DNA of 64,000 nt from an uncultured Pseudomonadota bacterium (GTDB lineage Bacteria; Pseudomonadota; Alphaproteobacteria; JACZXZ01), in contig CAVVLJ010000016.1 in assembly GCA_963749075.1 (NCBI GenBank), positions 800,001 to 864,000 of the forward strand, written 5' to 3'. A model generated the notes under the pieces. The model did not search any database. It saw only the letters and a list, made by a program, of their open reading frames with translations, and had not been told where the DNA came from. Of the stretch, positions 28,210 to 38,673 are shown piece after piece; positions within the stretch are counted from its first letter, which is position 1, and each line of letters opens with the position of its first letter. The translations under genes were made by a program, and so were the position numbers.

Positions 28210-30249
28210 ATGGTATCCTACATCGGCATCGACGTGGGCGGCACCTTCACGGATTTCTCCGTGAGCCTGCCCGGCCGCGGCGAGCTGCTGCACAAGGTGC
28301 CCTCGACGCCGGCCGAGCCGGACCGCGCCATCGTCGAAGGCTTGGCCGCCATCCTTGCCGACCACCGGCTCGCCCCGCGCGAGGTGGTGCGGCTCGCCCA
28401 CGGCACCACGGTCGGCACCAATGCGCTCATCCAGCGCAAGGTGGGCAAGGTCGCGCTCGTCACCACGCGCGGCTTCCGCGACCTCCTCGAGATCGGCCGG
28501 CAGACGCGGCCCAAGGTCTACGACATCCACAAGGACAACCCCAAGCCGCTGGTGCCGCGCGCCCTGCGGCTCGAGGTGGGCGAGCGCATGCGCGCCGACG
28601 GCAGCGTGCACCGCCCGCTCGACGAGGCCGAGGTGGAGGAGGTGGCGCACCGCTTAGCTGCCGAGGAGGTCGACTGCGTCGCCGTCTGCTTCCTCCACGC
28701 CCACGCCTTTCCGCGCCACGAGCAGCGCGCCGCCGAGATCCTGCGCCGGATCTTGGGCAACCGGGCGACGGTCGTCGCCTCCTCGGACGTCTATCCCGAG
28801 TTCCGCGAATACGAGCGCTTCTCGACGACCGTGCTGAACGCAGCCCTCCTCACGGTGATGGACGCCTATCTCGACCGCCTCGGCCGCGAGGTCTCGCGCC
28901 TCGACATCGCTTGCGCGCCGACCGTGAGCCAGAGTGCCGGCGGCCTCCTCTCGATCGACATGGCGCGCCGCTTTCCCATCCGCACCGCCCTCTCGGGCCC
29001 CGCGGCTGGGGCGCTCGGTGCCGCCTACCGCGCCAACCTCGCGGGCTTCCCCACCGTCATCACGCTCGACGTGGGCGGCACCAGCGCCGACGTGGCACTC
29101 CTCGCCCACGGCGAGCCCGCGGTCGTGCACAGCCGCACGCTGGCCGGCTTTCCCTTGCGCCTGCCGGCGCTCGACGTGAACTCGGTCGGCGCCGGCGGCG
29201 GCTCGATCGCCTGGATCGACATGGACGGGCTCCTCAAGGTCGGCCCCCAGAGTGCCGGTGCCGTGCCGGGCCCGGCCTGCTACGCGGCAGGCGGCAGCGC
29301 GGCCACGGTGACCGACGCCCACGTCATGCTCGGCCGGCTCTCCGGCGAGGCCCTCCTCGACGGCCGCATGCCGATCCGCCGCGATCTCGCCGAGGCCGCG
29401 ATCGGCCGCCTCGCCGAGACCCTCGACCTGCCGCCCATCGAGACGGCACTCGGCATCGTGCGCCTGGTCTCCGCGACCATGGTCAAGGCGATCCGCTCGA
29501 TCTCCATCGAGCGCGGCCACGACCCGAGCGGCTTCGCGCTCTTCGCCTTCGGCGGCGCCGGCCCGCTCCACGCCAGCGAGACCGCGCGCGAGCTCGACAT
29601 CCGCCAGATCATCGTGCCGCCGAGCCCCGGCATCCTCTGCGCCGAGGGCCTGCTCAACTGCGATCTGGCGACGGATTTCGTGCAGGCGGCCTTAGTACCG
29701 CTCGGCGAGCGCTCGGCCGCGGCGCTCAACGGCGTGCGCCAGTCGTTGAGCCGCCAGTGCGACGCCTGGTTCGAGCGCGAGGGCATCGCCGCCGCCGACC
29801 GGCGCGAGGCCTGGGCCGCGGATCTGCGCTACAGCGGGCAGAACTTCGAGCTCTCCATCCCCTTCGAGGCGGCGGCATTCGACGCGGCTGCCTGCGCCGC
29901 CCTCGTCGAGCAGTTCCACGCCGCGCATGACCGCGCCTACGGTTTTGCGCAGAAGGGCGAGCCAATCGAGCTCGTCAGCATGCGCGTCAAGCTCGAGGGC
30001 GTGCTCGAGAAGCCGAGGCTGCCCGAGCTCGCGGCCGGGCCGCCCGCCGCGCCGCGCGGCGAGCGCCGCGTCTGCTTCGCCGATGCCGTGTGGCACGATG
30101 CCCCGATCTTCCGCCGCCGCGAGCTCGCCCGCGATCAGATCATCGCCGGCCCCGCGATCGTCGAGCAGATGGACAGCACCACGCCGATCCATCCCGGCGA
30201 TAGCGCCCGCGTCGACCGCTGGGGCAACCTCGTCATCGAGCTCAATTAG
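28210..30249 (+). CDS. Hydantoinase/oxoprolinase alpha subunit (HyuA-like)
   Basis: IGIDVGGTFTD, HGTTVGTNA, SGPAAG, DVGGTSAD, GAGGGSIA, FGGAGPLH, RYSGQ. Confidence 0.93.
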   Translation: MVSYIGIDVGGTFTDFSVSLPGRGELLHKVPSTPAEPDRAIVEGLAAILADHRLAPREVVRLAHGTTVGTNALIQRKVGKVALVTTRGFRDLLEIGRQTRPKVYDIHKDNPKPLVPRALRLEVGERMRADGSVHRPLDEAEVEEVAHRLAAEEVDCVAVCFLHAHAFPRHEQRAAEILRRILGNRATVVASSDVYPEFREYERFSTTVLNAALLTVMDAYLDRLGREVSRLDIACAPTVSQSAGGLLSIDMARRFPIRTALSGPAAGALGAAYRANLAGFPTVITLDVGGTSADVALLAHGEPAVVHSRTLAGFPLRLPALDVNSVGAGGGSIAWIDMDGLLKVGPQSAGAVPGPACYAAGGSAATVTDAHVMLGRLSGEALLDGRMPIRRDLAEAAIGRLAETLDLPPIETALGIVRLVSATMVKAIRSISIERGHDPSGFALFAFGGAGPLHASETARELDIRQIIVPPSPGILCAEGLLNCDLATDFVQAALVPLGERSAAALNGVRQSLSRQCDAWFEREGIAAADRREAWAADLRYSGQNFELSIPFEAAAFDAAACAALVEQFHAAHDRAYGFAQKGEPIELVSMRVKLEGVLEKPRLPELAAGPPAAPRGERRVCFADAVWHDAPIFRRRELARDQIIAGPAIVEQMDSTTPIHPGDSARVDRWGNLVIELN

Positions 30250-30261
30250 GCCGAGGCCGTC

Positions 30262-31977
30262 ATGCCGCTCTCCCCGATCGAAGTCGAGCTCCTGCGCAAC
30301 GGCCTCGCCAGCATCTGCGACGAGATGTACCTCGCCATCATGAAGAGCGCCTACTCGACCAACATCAAGGAGCGCCACGACCACAGCGCCGCCATCTTCG
30401 ACCGCGAAGGGCGCGTCGTGGTGCAGGGCGAGAGCCTGCCGCTCCACCTCGCCTCCATGCTCGGGCTCGCCGAGGTGGTGATGCAGCGCTACGGCATCGA
30501 CGGCATCCGGCCGGGCGACATGTTCATCTCGAACGATCCCTTTGCCGGCCGCGGCTCGCACCTGCCCGACGTGGCGACGTTGGCACCCATCTTCCACGAC
30601 GGCCGCCTCGTGCTCTTCGTGAGCAACATAGCACACCACGCCGACATCGGCGGCATGGCGCCCGGCAGCATGGCCGGCGGCATGACCGAGATCTACCAGG
30701 AAGGCCTGCGCATTCCGCCCATCCGCCTCGTCGAGCAAGGCGAGATCGACGAGGAGGTCATGGAGCTCATCCTCCTCAACGTGCGCGTGCCGCGCGAGCG
30801 GCGCGGCGACTACATGGCCCAGATCGCCGGCAACCGCCTGGGCGTGCGCCGGCTCGAGGCGCTCATCGCGCGCTGGGGTGCGGCCCGGGTGGAGGAGGGC
30901 GCACAGGCCATCATCGCCGCCGTGGCGCGGCGGATGCGCGCGGGCATCGCGGCGCTGCCCGACGGCGAGTACCACTTCTCCGACCTCCTCGACGACGACG
31001 GCATGGGGACCTCCGACATCCCGGTCGTGGTGCACATCACGATCAAGGGCGAGGAGGCCTGGTTCGACTTCGCGGGCTCGGGACCCCAGGTGCGCGGCAA
31101 CATGAACAACAGCTTCGCCGGGCTTCAGGCGGCCGTGCTCTATTCGCTCAAGGTGCTGGTCGATCCCGAGGGGCCAACCAATCACGGCATGCTCGATCCG
31201 GTGCGCATCAAGGCGCCGGAGGCGAGCGTCGTCAATGCCGCCTTCCCGTCGGCGACCGCGGCGCGCGCCCAGACCTGCCAGCGCGTCGTCGATGCCATCC
31301 TGGGTGCCTTGGCGCCCGCCGTGCCCGAGCGCGTGATCGCGGCGAGCAACGGGGCCAACGGCGTCGCCAGCTTCTCGGGCACCGGTGCCGACGGCAAGTA
31401 CTACGTCTATATGGAGACCATCGGCGGCGGCGCAGGTGCCCGCGCCTACAAGGACGGCACCGACGGCGTCCAGGTCCACATGACCAACACCTCGAACCTG
31501 CCCATCGAGGCGCTCGAGAAGGAGTACCCGCTCTTGATCGAGCGCTACGAGCTCGTCGAGAATTCGGGCGGTGCGGGGCGCTGGCGCGGCGGGCTCGGCC
31601 TGCGCCGCGTCTATCGAGGGCTCGGTCACAGGACCACCTTCAGCGGCCAGGGCGAGCGCTCGGTGCATCCGCCGTGGGGCCTTTTCGGGGGGCACGCGGG
31701 CGGCACCGGCAAGATCGAGATCCTGCACGACAGCGGCCGGCACCAGCGCCTCGCCAACAAGCCCGCCTCGATCGAGGTGCCGGAGAGCGCGGTGGTGGTG
31801 ATCGAGACGCCGGGTGCCGGCGGCTACGGTCCGCCCGCCGGGCGCGACCCGGCTCTCGTGGCCGACGACATCGCGAGCGGCAAGTTCTCGCGCCCCTACA
31901 TGCGCAAGCACTACGGCAAGTCGGCGCCGCCGACGAAGCGCACAAAGAAGTCCACGCCGCCACGCGCAGCGGAGTGA
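30262..31977 (+). CDS. Hydantoinase B/oxoprolinase subunit (HyuB-like)
   Basis: SAYSTNIKERHD, NDPF..GSHLPD, HHADIGG, EIYQEG, ETIGGGAGA, TPGAGGYG. Confidence 0.93.
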   Translation: MPLSPIEVELLRNGLASICDEMYLAIMKSAYSTNIKERHDHSAAIFDREGRVVVQGESLPLHLASMLGLAEVVMQRYGIDGIRPGDMFISNDPFAGRGSHLPDVATLAPIFHDGRLVLFVSNIAHHADIGGMAPGSMAGGMTEIYQEGLRIPPIRLVEQGEIDEEVMELILLNVRVPRERRGDYMAQIAGNRLGVRRLEALIARWGAARVEEGAQAIIAAVARRMRAGIAALPDGEYHFSDLLDDDGMGTSDIPVVVHITIKGEEAWFDFAGSGPQVRGNMNNSFAGLQAAVLYSLKVLVDPEGPTNHGMLDPVRIKAPEASVVNAAFPSATAARAQTCQRVVDAILGALAPAVPERVIAASNGANGVASFSGTGADGKYYVYMETIGGGAGARAYKDGTDGVQVHMTNTSNLPIEALEKEYPLLIERYELVENSGGAGRWRGGLGLRRVYRGLGHRTTFSGQGERSVHPPWGLFGGHAGGTGKIEILHDSGRHQRLANKPASIEVPESAVVVIETPGAGGYGPPAGRDPALVADDIASGKFSRPYMRKHYGKSAPPTKRTKKSTPPRAAE

Positions 31978-32020
31978 GAGATTAGAGCATGCCCCGATCC
32001 GACAGGAGAAGGCGAGAAAA

Positions 32021-32162
32021 CCCTCTCCCGCTTGCGGGAGAGGGAGGGACCCGCGGCCGCAAGGCCGTGGGAGGGTGAGGGACGGCGCCGACATCCGGCA
32101 TTCCCTCACTCTTCCCATCGCTTCGCGATGGGCCCCTTCCCTCTCCCGCAAGCGGGAGAGGG
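32021..32162. repeat. Intergenic palindromic (REP-like) element
   Basis: CCCTCTCCCGCTTGCGGGAGAGGG at the left, CCCTCTCCCGCAAGCGGGAGAGGG at the right; inner arms TGGGAGGGTGAGGGA / TCCCTCACTCTTCCCA. Confidence 0.85.
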
Positions 32163-32217
32163 ACTGATCGCGACTGACGATGCGTGCATCAAGCACGGCG
32201 GTAGAACTGGGATCGCC

Positions 32218-32979
32218 ATGGCACTCTTGGAAATCCGCGATCTCCAGCTGAGCTTCGATGCGGTGGTGGCGCTCGACGGGCTGGAGCTCGACGTAGCCGC
32301 CGGCACCATCACCGGCCTCATCGGCCCCAACGGCGCCGGCAAGACGACCTTCTTCAACGCCGTCTCCGGCGTGGCGCCGCCGGACGACGGCAGCATCCGC
32401 TTCGACGGCACCGACATCACCGGCTGGCGCCCCGACCGCATCGCCAGCACCGGGCTCGTGCGCACGTTCCAGATCGCGCGCGGCCTCCAGCAGCTCACCG
32501 TGCTCGAGAACCTCATGCTCTACGGCGACGGCCAGCCGGGCGAGGCGCTGTGGCAGGTCCTCTTGCGCCCGCGCGCGGTCGCCCGCCATGAGGCAGCACT
32601 CGCCGCGCGCGCCTGGGCGATGGTGGAGCGCCTCGAGCTCGAGCGCGTCGCCGATCAGCCGGCGCTCGAGCTCTCGGGCGGACAGAAGAAGCTCCTCGAG
32701 CTCGGCCGCGCGCTCATGGCGCATCCCAAGCTCGTGCTGCTCGACGAGCCGGCGGCGGGCGTCAATCCCGGCCTCGCCAAGCGCCTCGCCGCGCACATTC
32801 TCGCCTGCCGCGACGAGGGCATCAGCTTCCTCGTCATCGAGCACAACATGGGCCTCGTGGCCGAGCTCTGCCATCCGGTGATCGTGATGGCGGCGGGCAG
32901 GCGCTTGACCGAGGGCGGTTTCGAGGCGGTGCGCAGCGATGCGCGCGTGCAGGCCGCCTATCTGGGGAGCCGCGCATGA
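32218..32979 (+). CDS. Branched-chain amino acid type ABC ATPase (LivG-like)
   Basis: GPNGAGKTT, RTFQ, LSGGQKKLLE, DEPAAGVNP, IEHNM. Confidence 0.92.
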   Translation: MALLEIRDLQLSFDAVVALDGLELDVAAGTITGLIGPNGAGKTTFFNAVSGVAPPDDGSIRFDGTDITGWRPDRIASTGLVRTFQIARGLQQLTVLENLMLYGDGQPGEALWQVLLRPRAVARHEAALAARAWAMVERLELERVADQPALELSGGQKKLLELGRALMAHPKLVLLDEPAAGVNPGLAKRLAAHILACRDEGISFLVIEHNMGLVAELCHPVIVMAAGRRLTEGGFEAVRSDARVQAAYLGSRA

Positions 32980-33683
32980 GCCTGCTCTCCGTCGAGGCGG
33001 TGGTGGCGGGCTACGGCCCGCACGACGAGATCCTCAAGGGGGTCAGCGTCGCCGCCGAGGCGGGCGAGCTCCTGGCGCTCATCGGCCCGAACGGCGCCGG
33101 CAAATCGACGCTGCTCAAGACCATCGCCGGCCTGCTGCGCCCGCAGCGCGGCCGCATCGGCTTTCGCGGCGGCGCCATCCAGGGCCTCAAGCCGCGCGAG
33201 ATCAGCCGGCTCGGCATCGCCTATGTGCCGCAGGAGGCCAACGTCTTCCCTTCGCTCAGCATCCGTGAGAACCTGGAGATCGCAGGCTATCTCGAGAAGG
33301 CGGGGCTCGAGCGGCATCTCGCGCGCGTGTTCGAGCGCTTCCCTGCACTCGCCGAGCGGGCGCGGCGGGCGGCGCGCACGCTTTCGGGCGGCGAGCGCCA
33401 GATGCTCGCCATGGGCATGGCCCTCATGGTCGAGCCGGCGCTCCTGCTGCTCGACGAGCCGTCGGCCGGGCTCTCGCCGCGCGCGGCCGACGAGCTCTTC
33501 GCGGCGATCGTGGCTATCCGCGAGGAAGGGGTGGGTATCGTCATGGTGGAGCAGAACGCGGTCGAGGCGCTGCGCATCGCCGACAGGGCCTACCTCCTCG
33601 TCGACGGCCGCAACAGCCGCGAGGGGATCGCGCGCGAGATCGCCGACGATCCCGAGATCAGGCGCATCTTTCTCGGTGCATGA
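32976..33683 (+). CDS. LivF-like ABC ATPase
   Basis: GPNGAGKST, LSGGERQML, DEPSAGLSP, MVEQN. Confidence 0.92.
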   Translation: MSLLSVEAVVAGYGPHDEILKGVSVAAEAGELLALIGPNGAGKSTLLKTIAGLLRPQRGRIGFRGGAIQGLKPREISRLGIAYVPQEANVFPSLSIRENLEIAGYLEKAGLERHLARVFERFPALAERARRAARTLSGGERQMLAMGMALMVEPALLLLDEPSAGLSPRAADELFAAIVAIREEGVGIVMVEQNAVEALRIADRAYLLVDGRNSREGIAREIADDPEIRRIFLGA

Positions 33684-33734
33684 CGCACACGGCGGCGGCC
33701 CGGTGCCGCCGCCCAACAAGGACGGGGGACGGAC

Positions 33735-34943
33735 ATGAAGATGATTTCGACCACGCGACGCAACTTGATGCGCGGGGCCGCGGCCTTGGGTGCCGCGAGC
33801 CTCATGGCGAGCGGCCGGCTTCGCGCCGCGGACGCCGGGCCGATCAAGCTCGGCTCGCTCGTGCCCATCACCGGCAGCGGCGGTCCCTTCGGGCCGGAGA
33901 TCCGCAAGGGCCAGCAGCTCGTCGTCGACCAGGTGAACGCCGCGGGCGGGCTCCTGGGCCGCAAGCTCGAGCTCGTCGGCGAGGACGACCAGACCAACCC
34001 CGAGGCCGCGGTGCGCGCCGCGCAGAAGCTCATCGACGTGGACAAGGTGGTCTGCATCCTCGGCACCTGGGCCTCCGCCGACGTGACGGCCATCGCCCCG
34101 CTCTGCTGGGAGAACAAGGTGATGGTGATCTGCATCGGTGCCGCCGACAGCATCACCCAGCTGCCCCACCAGGGCTATATCGCGCGCACCCAGCCGAGCA
34201 CGCGCATGCAGGCCGAGCAGTTCGCCAAATTCGCCGTGGCCGATGGCGCCAAGAGCTTCTACCTCATGATGCCGCAGTCGCCGTTCGCCGAATCGACGAT
34301 CAAGCAGATCACCGACTACTGCAGCCAGCACGGCATCAAGGTCGGCTCCGCGATCTATGACGGCAAGAAGACCTCGTTCCGCTCCGAGGTCGACGCCATG
34401 ATGCAGGCCAAGCCCGACATGTTCATGCTGGGCGGCTATCTCGCCGACGATACGGTGCTGGCCAAGGACGTCTTCCGCGCCAACTACCGCGGCAAGATCG
34501 TCGGCTACGCCTACGGCGTGGCGCCGCAGTTCGTGGAGGCGGTCGGCAAGGAGGTGGCCGAGGGCATCTACTCGATCGAGCCCGTGCCCGACGCCAAATC
34601 GACGGCCTACGCCAAGCTGCAGAAGCTCGCCGGCACGGAGGCGCTCGACATCTACATGTGCCAGGGCTACGACGAGGTGAACCTCGCCATCCTCGCCATG
34701 GCAGAGGCCAAGGCGGCGAGCGGCGCCGCCATCCGCGACAATCTGCGCGCCATAGGCGATGCTACCGGTATCACCGTGGACAACGCGATCGACGGGCTCA
34801 AGCTCATCGCCGAAGGGAAGCGCATCAACTACCTCGGCGCCTCGGGGCCGTGCAAGTTCGCCCCCAACGGCGACGTGCTCGAGTCCCACTTCCGCATCAA
34901 CGTGGTGCGCAACGGCAAGATCGAGCTCTTCAAGGTGACCTGA
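33735..34943 (+). CDS. LivK-type substrate-binding protein, Tat signal
   Basis: TRRNLM, VNAAGGLLGR, EDDQT, YDEV, INYLGASG. Confidence 0.9.
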   Translation: MKMISTTRRNLMRGAAALGAASLMASGRLRAADAGPIKLGSLVPITGSGGPFGPEIRKGQQLVVDQVNAAGGLLGRKLELVGEDDQTNPEAAVRAAQKLIDVDKVVCILGTWASADVTAIAPLCWENKVMVICIGAADSITQLPHQGYIARTQPSTRMQAEQFAKFAVADGAKSFYLMMPQSPFAESTIKQITDYCSQHGIKVGSAIYDGKKTSFRSEVDAMMQAKPDMFMLGGYLADDTVLAKDVFRANYRGKIVGYAYGVAPQFVEAVGKEVAEGIYSIEPVPDAKSTAYAKLQKLAGTEALDIYMCQGYDEVNLAILAMAEAKAASGAAIRDNLRAIGDATGITVDNAIDGLKLIAEGKRINYLGASGPCKFAPNGDVLESHFRINVVRNGKIELFKVT

Positions 34944-34947
34944 GGCC

Positions 34948-35814
34948 TTGAGCGAGGCCCTGCAGCTCGTCGTCAACGGTCTCATGGCCGGCAGCGTGCT
35001 CGCACTGCCGGCCATCGGGCTCACCACCATCTACGCCGTGCTGCGCCACCTGAATTTCTCGCTCGGCGCCCACATGACGATCGGCGCCTACGCCGGCTTC
35101 GTCGCCAACGCGGTCTGGGGCCTGCCGCTCTATCTCGCTCTGCCCTGCGCCTTTTTCGCGGCAGGAGTCTCGGGCGTTGCCAGCGACGAGCTGGGTTTGC
35201 GGCCGCTCCGCCGCTACGGCGCGCTCTCGGTCGCCATCGCCTCGATCGCCCTCGGCCTCGTGCTGGAGAACCTGCTGCGCTTCTTCTTCGGCAACGGCTT
35301 GCGCGACTACGACATCCCGGTGGTGCGCGACTGGAGCCTGGGCGCTCTCCGCATCGGGCCGCAGGAGCTCGCGGATTTCGCGGTCGCGGCGGCCATCGTG
35401 GCGCTTCTCTTCGTCTTCCTCGCGGCGTCGTCGCTGGGAAAACGCATGCGCGCCGTCGCCGACAACCCGACGCTCGCCGACATCAAGGGCATCGACCCGG
35501 AGCGCATGGCCCGGCTCGCCAACTTCCTCGGCATGGGGCTCGCGGGCGCCGGCGGCATGCTCATCGGGCTCGACACCTCGGTCGGCCCCGAGCTCGGCTT
35601 CAATGCGCTCCTCTCGGTCTTCGCCGCCGCGGTGGTGGGCGGGCTCGGCAGCGTGCCGGGAGCGGTCACAGGCGCCCTTGCCATCGGCCTTGCGGAGGAG
35701 CTCTCGCTCTTGGTCCTTCCGGCCACCTACCGCTCGGCCGTCGGCTTCGCCGCCATCCTCGTCGTCCTCGTCTTCCGGCCGCGCGGCCTCCTCGGCGCGC
35801 GGGTTGCGGCCTAG
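34948..35814 (+). CDS. LivH-like permease
   Basis: NGLMAGS, AIGLT, LGKRMRAVADN, VVGGLGS; TTG start. Confidence 0.9.
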   Translation: MSEALQLVVNGLMAGSVLALPAIGLTTIYAVLRHLNFSLGAHMTIGAYAGFVANAVWGLPLYLALPCAFFAAGVSGVASDELGLRPLRRYGALSVAIASIALGLVLENLLRFFFGNGLRDYDIPVVRDWSLGALRIGPQELADFAVAAAIVALLFVFLAASSLGKRMRAVADNPTLADIKGIDPERMARLANFLGMGLAGAGGMLIGLDTSVGPELGFNALLSVFAAAVVGGLGSVPGAVTGALAIGLAEELSLLVLPATYRSAVGFAAILVVLVFRPRGLLGARVAA

Positions 35815-35824
35815 GGGGCGGGCG

Positions 35825-36748
35825 ATGCCGAGCTATCTCGTCGCCATGGCCACTTTCGGCACCATCTACGCGATTCTGACGCTCGGCCTCAACGTCATGT
35901 GGGGCATGGCGGGCATGGTCAATCTCGGCGTCGTGGGCTTCTACGCGGTCGGCGCCTATGCCTCGGCGCTGGTCACCGTGAACCTCGGCCTGCCGGTGGC
36001 ACTCGGCCTCCTTGCCGCCATGGCGGTGAGCGCTGCGGCCGGCGCCGTCACCTGCCTCGGTCTCACGCGCCTGCGCGACGATTATTTCGCCGTCGTCACC
36101 CTTGGCTTCGCCGAGGTGATCCGCCTCGTCGCCAACAACGAGACCTGGTTGACGCGCGGCTCGGACGGCATCTCGGGCATCCCCCAGCCCCTCAAGCCGC
36201 TGCTCGGCGCCGACTTCAACCTGGCCTATCTCGGCTTCTGCCTCGTCGTCCTCTTGGTCGTGCTGGCGCTCCTCGAGCGCCTGCGCCGCTCGCCCTTCGG
36301 CCGCGTGCTGCGCGCGATCCGCGAGGACCCGACCATCGCCGCGGTCGCCGGCAAGAACGTGCTCGCCTTCAAGATCAAGGCCTTCGCCATCGGCGGCATC
36401 CTTGCCGGCCTGGCGGGCGCCCTCTACGGCCACTACACGAGCTATATCGTGCCGGAGATCTTCGAGCCCATCCTCACCATCTATATCTTCCTGGCCCTCA
36501 CCGCCGGCGGGCGCGGCAACAACTGGGGTGCCGCACTCGGCGCCTTCCTCGTGGTCTTCGTCCTCGAATCGACGCGCTTCCTCGGCGGCCTGCTGCCGGC
36601 GCTCGGCGCCGTGCAGGTGGCGGCGGTGCGCGAGATGCTGATCGGGCTCCTCCTGCTCGTCGTCATGCGCGTGCGGCCCGAGGGACTGCTGCCCGAGCCG
36701 CGCACGCGCCTGGCACCTCGGCAGCCGCCTATTCGGGAAGCGGGATGA
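35825..36748 (+). CDS. LivM-like permease
   Basis: [42 protein letters not shown]. Confidence 0.9.
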   Translation: MPSYLVAMATFGTIYAILTLGLNVMWGMAGMVNLGVVGFYAVGAYASALVTVNLGLPVALGLLAAMAVSAAAGAVTCLGLTRLRDDYFAVVTLGFAEVIRLVANNETWLTRGSDGISGIPQPLKPLLGADFNLAYLGFCLVVLLVVLALLERLRRSPFGRVLRAIREDPTIAAVAGKNVLAFKIKAFAIGGILAGLAGALYGHYTSYIVPEIFEPILTIYIFLALTAGGRGNNWGAALGAFLVVFVLESTRFLGGLLPALGAVQVAAVREMLIGLLLLVVMRVRPEGLLPEPRTRLAPRQPPIREAG

Positions 36749-37640
36749 ACTCGGCGTCGCCGGCGACGGGGGCGAAGCGGCCGGCCTTCCAGTTGGCCTT
36801 GGCCTCTTCGATGCGCTCCTTCGAGCTCGAGACGAAGTTCCACCAGATGTGGCGCGGTCCCTCGAGCGGCGCCCCGCCGAGGAGGAGCAAGCGCACCGGC
36901 GACGACGCGGTGACCGTGACGTCGGCACCTGGCTTGAGCACGAGAAGCCGCTCGGGGCCGAAGGACTGCCCCGCGATCTCGCTCTCCCCGGAGACGAGAT
37001 AAATGGCGCGCTCCTCATGCTCGACCGGCACCGGCAGGCGAGCGCCGCGCTCAAGCGTCACGTCCGCGTAGAAGAGCTCGGAGAGCGTCGCGACGGGCGA
37101 GCGGGCGCCGTAGAGGGCGCCGGCGATGAGGCGGACCTCCTTGCCCTCGCCCGCGATGACCGGCAGCGCCTCGCTGCCGTGATGGGCGAAGGCGGGCGCC
37201 GTCTCCTCGTGCATCTTGGGCAGCGCCACCCAGGACTGGATGCCGTAGAGCCGCGACGGCGACTTGCGCGCCTCGGCGTCCGTGCGCTCCGAATGCGCGA
37301 TGCCGTGGCCGGCCGTCATCCAATTGACCTCGCCGGGCCGGATGGTCATTACCGTGCCGAGGCTGTCGCGGTGCACGATCTCGCCCTCGAAAAGATAGGT
37401 GACCGTGGCGAGGCCGATGTGGGGGTGGGGGCGCACGTCGAGCCCGCTGCCGGCGGCAAGCCTGGCCGGCCCCATCTGGTCGAGAAAGACGAAGGGGCCG
37501 ACCATGCGGCGCTGGATCGACGGCAGCACGCGCCTCACCTCGAAGCCGCCGATGTCGTGGCTCTTCGGGACGATGACGGTCTCGACGGCTGCTGGGGCCG
37601 CCTCGCGCGAGGTGGGATCGTCCGCCGGCTGCCAGCTCAT
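36729..37640 (-). CDS. Pirin family protein
   Basis: [48 protein letters not shown]. Confidence 0.95.
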   Translation of the reverse strand: MSWQPADDPTSREAAPAAVETVIVPKSHDIGGFEVRRVLPSIQRRMVGPFVFLDQMGPARLAAGSGLDVRPHPHIGLATVTYLFEGEIVHRDSLGTVMTIRPGEVNWMTAGHGIAHSERTDAEARKSPSRLYGIQSWVALPKMHEETAPAFAHHGSEALPVIAGEGKEVRLIAGALYGARSPVATLSELFYADVTLERGARLPVPVEHEERAIYLVSGESEIAGQSFGPERLLVLKPGADVTVTASSPVRLLLLGGAPLEGPRHIWWNFVSSSKERIEEAKANWKAGRFAPVAGDAEFIPLPE

Positions 37641-37667
37641 GGGCTCCTCCCGGCGAACTTAAAGCCC

Positions 37668-38549
37668 CTACGCCTGCGCCGCGGTGGGCGATGAGCCGGC
37701 GACCGTGGTGCGGCGCATGTCGCGCACCTTGGTCTCGTCGAAGCGGCGCGCCCGGTGCATGGTCTGGCGATTGTCCCACATGACGAGGTCGAAGGGCCGC
37801 CACTTGTGGGTGTAGACGAAGCGCGGCTGGGTCGCGTGCTCGGTGAGGTCGCGCAAGAAAGCGCGCGCCTCGGGTACCGGCCAGCCGATGATGGTGCCGG
37901 CGTGCGAGGCGAGGAAGAGCGACTTGCGGCCGGTAACCGGGTGCGTGCGCACCAGGCGCTGGCGCACCGGCTTGAACATCGCCTGCTCCTCGGGCGTGAA
38001 CTCGGCAAAGCCCAGCGAGCTCCGCGAATACATGAGCGAATGCTCGCACACGAGCTCCTCGATCTCCGCCTTGGCCGCCTCGTCGAGCGCCTCATAGGCG
38101 GCGCGCATGTCGGCGAACTCGGTGTCGCCGCCGCTCGCCGGGATCGCGCGCCCCGAGAGGAGCGAGTATTTCGCCGGGATCGCCCGGAAGGAGCTGTCGG
38201 AGTGCCACAGGCGGTTGCCGAGATTGAACATGCGGCGCCGGTCGTCGCGCGCGAGCGGCCGGTTGTGCTGGTCGAGATTGGAGATGTCGATCATCTCGGC
38301 GCCGAGCCGCTTCTCCTCCCGCTCGGTGGTGATGTGGCCGCCGTACGAGTTCTCGATCTCGCCGAAATTCCGCGTGAAGGCGAGCTGCTGCTCGTCCGTG
38401 ATGCGCTGCTCGCGGAAGACCAGCACGGCATAGCGGTCCATGCCGGCCTCGAGTGCTGCCGCCTCGCCGCGCGCGAGCGGCTTCGTGAGATCGCAGCCGG
38501 CAACCTCGCCCACGAAGAGGGGATGGAGCTGGCGGATTGCGACGCTCAT
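37668..38549 (-). CDS. TauD/TfdA family Fe(II)/2-oxoglutarate dioxygenase, TfdA-alpha-like
   Basis: WHSDSSF, GGDTEFADMRAAY, MWDNRQTMHR, RDMRR; closely resembles my recollection of Bradyrhizobium TfdA-alpha. Confidence 0.9.
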   Translation of the reverse strand: MSVAIRQLHPLFVGEVAGCDLTKPLARGEAAALEAGMDRYAVLVFREQRITDEQQLAFTRNFGEIENSYGGHITTEREEKRLGAEMIDISNLDQHNRPLARDDRRRMFNLGNRLWHSDSSFRAIPAKYSLLSGRAIPASGGDTEFADMRAAYEALDEAAKAEIEELVCEHSLMYSRSSLGFAEFTPEEQAMFKPVRQRLVRTHPVTGRKSLFLASHAGTIIGWPVPEARAFLRDLTEHATQPRFVYTHKWRPFDLVMWDNRQTMHRARRFDETKVRDMRRTTVAGSSPTAAQA

Positions 38550-38673
38550 CGGCGCGGCCTCCTCGAGCCGTCTTTGCCGGGCGGATGATAGCAATTGGAG
38601 GGAGCCATGTCATCGTGCTCAAATGCGTGTGTGCCGCTAGACTGGCGGCAATGACGCGAGCGGGGGGACGGTC

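Noticed and set aside
29692-32874. Very long antisense or alternate-frame ORFs (1060 aa here; also 38092-41064, 56569-59298, 5783-7921, 61516-63825, 46334-48493)
   Set aside because: They are shadows of real genes in high-GC DNA with few off-frame stops; the translations are low-complexity with no family motifs
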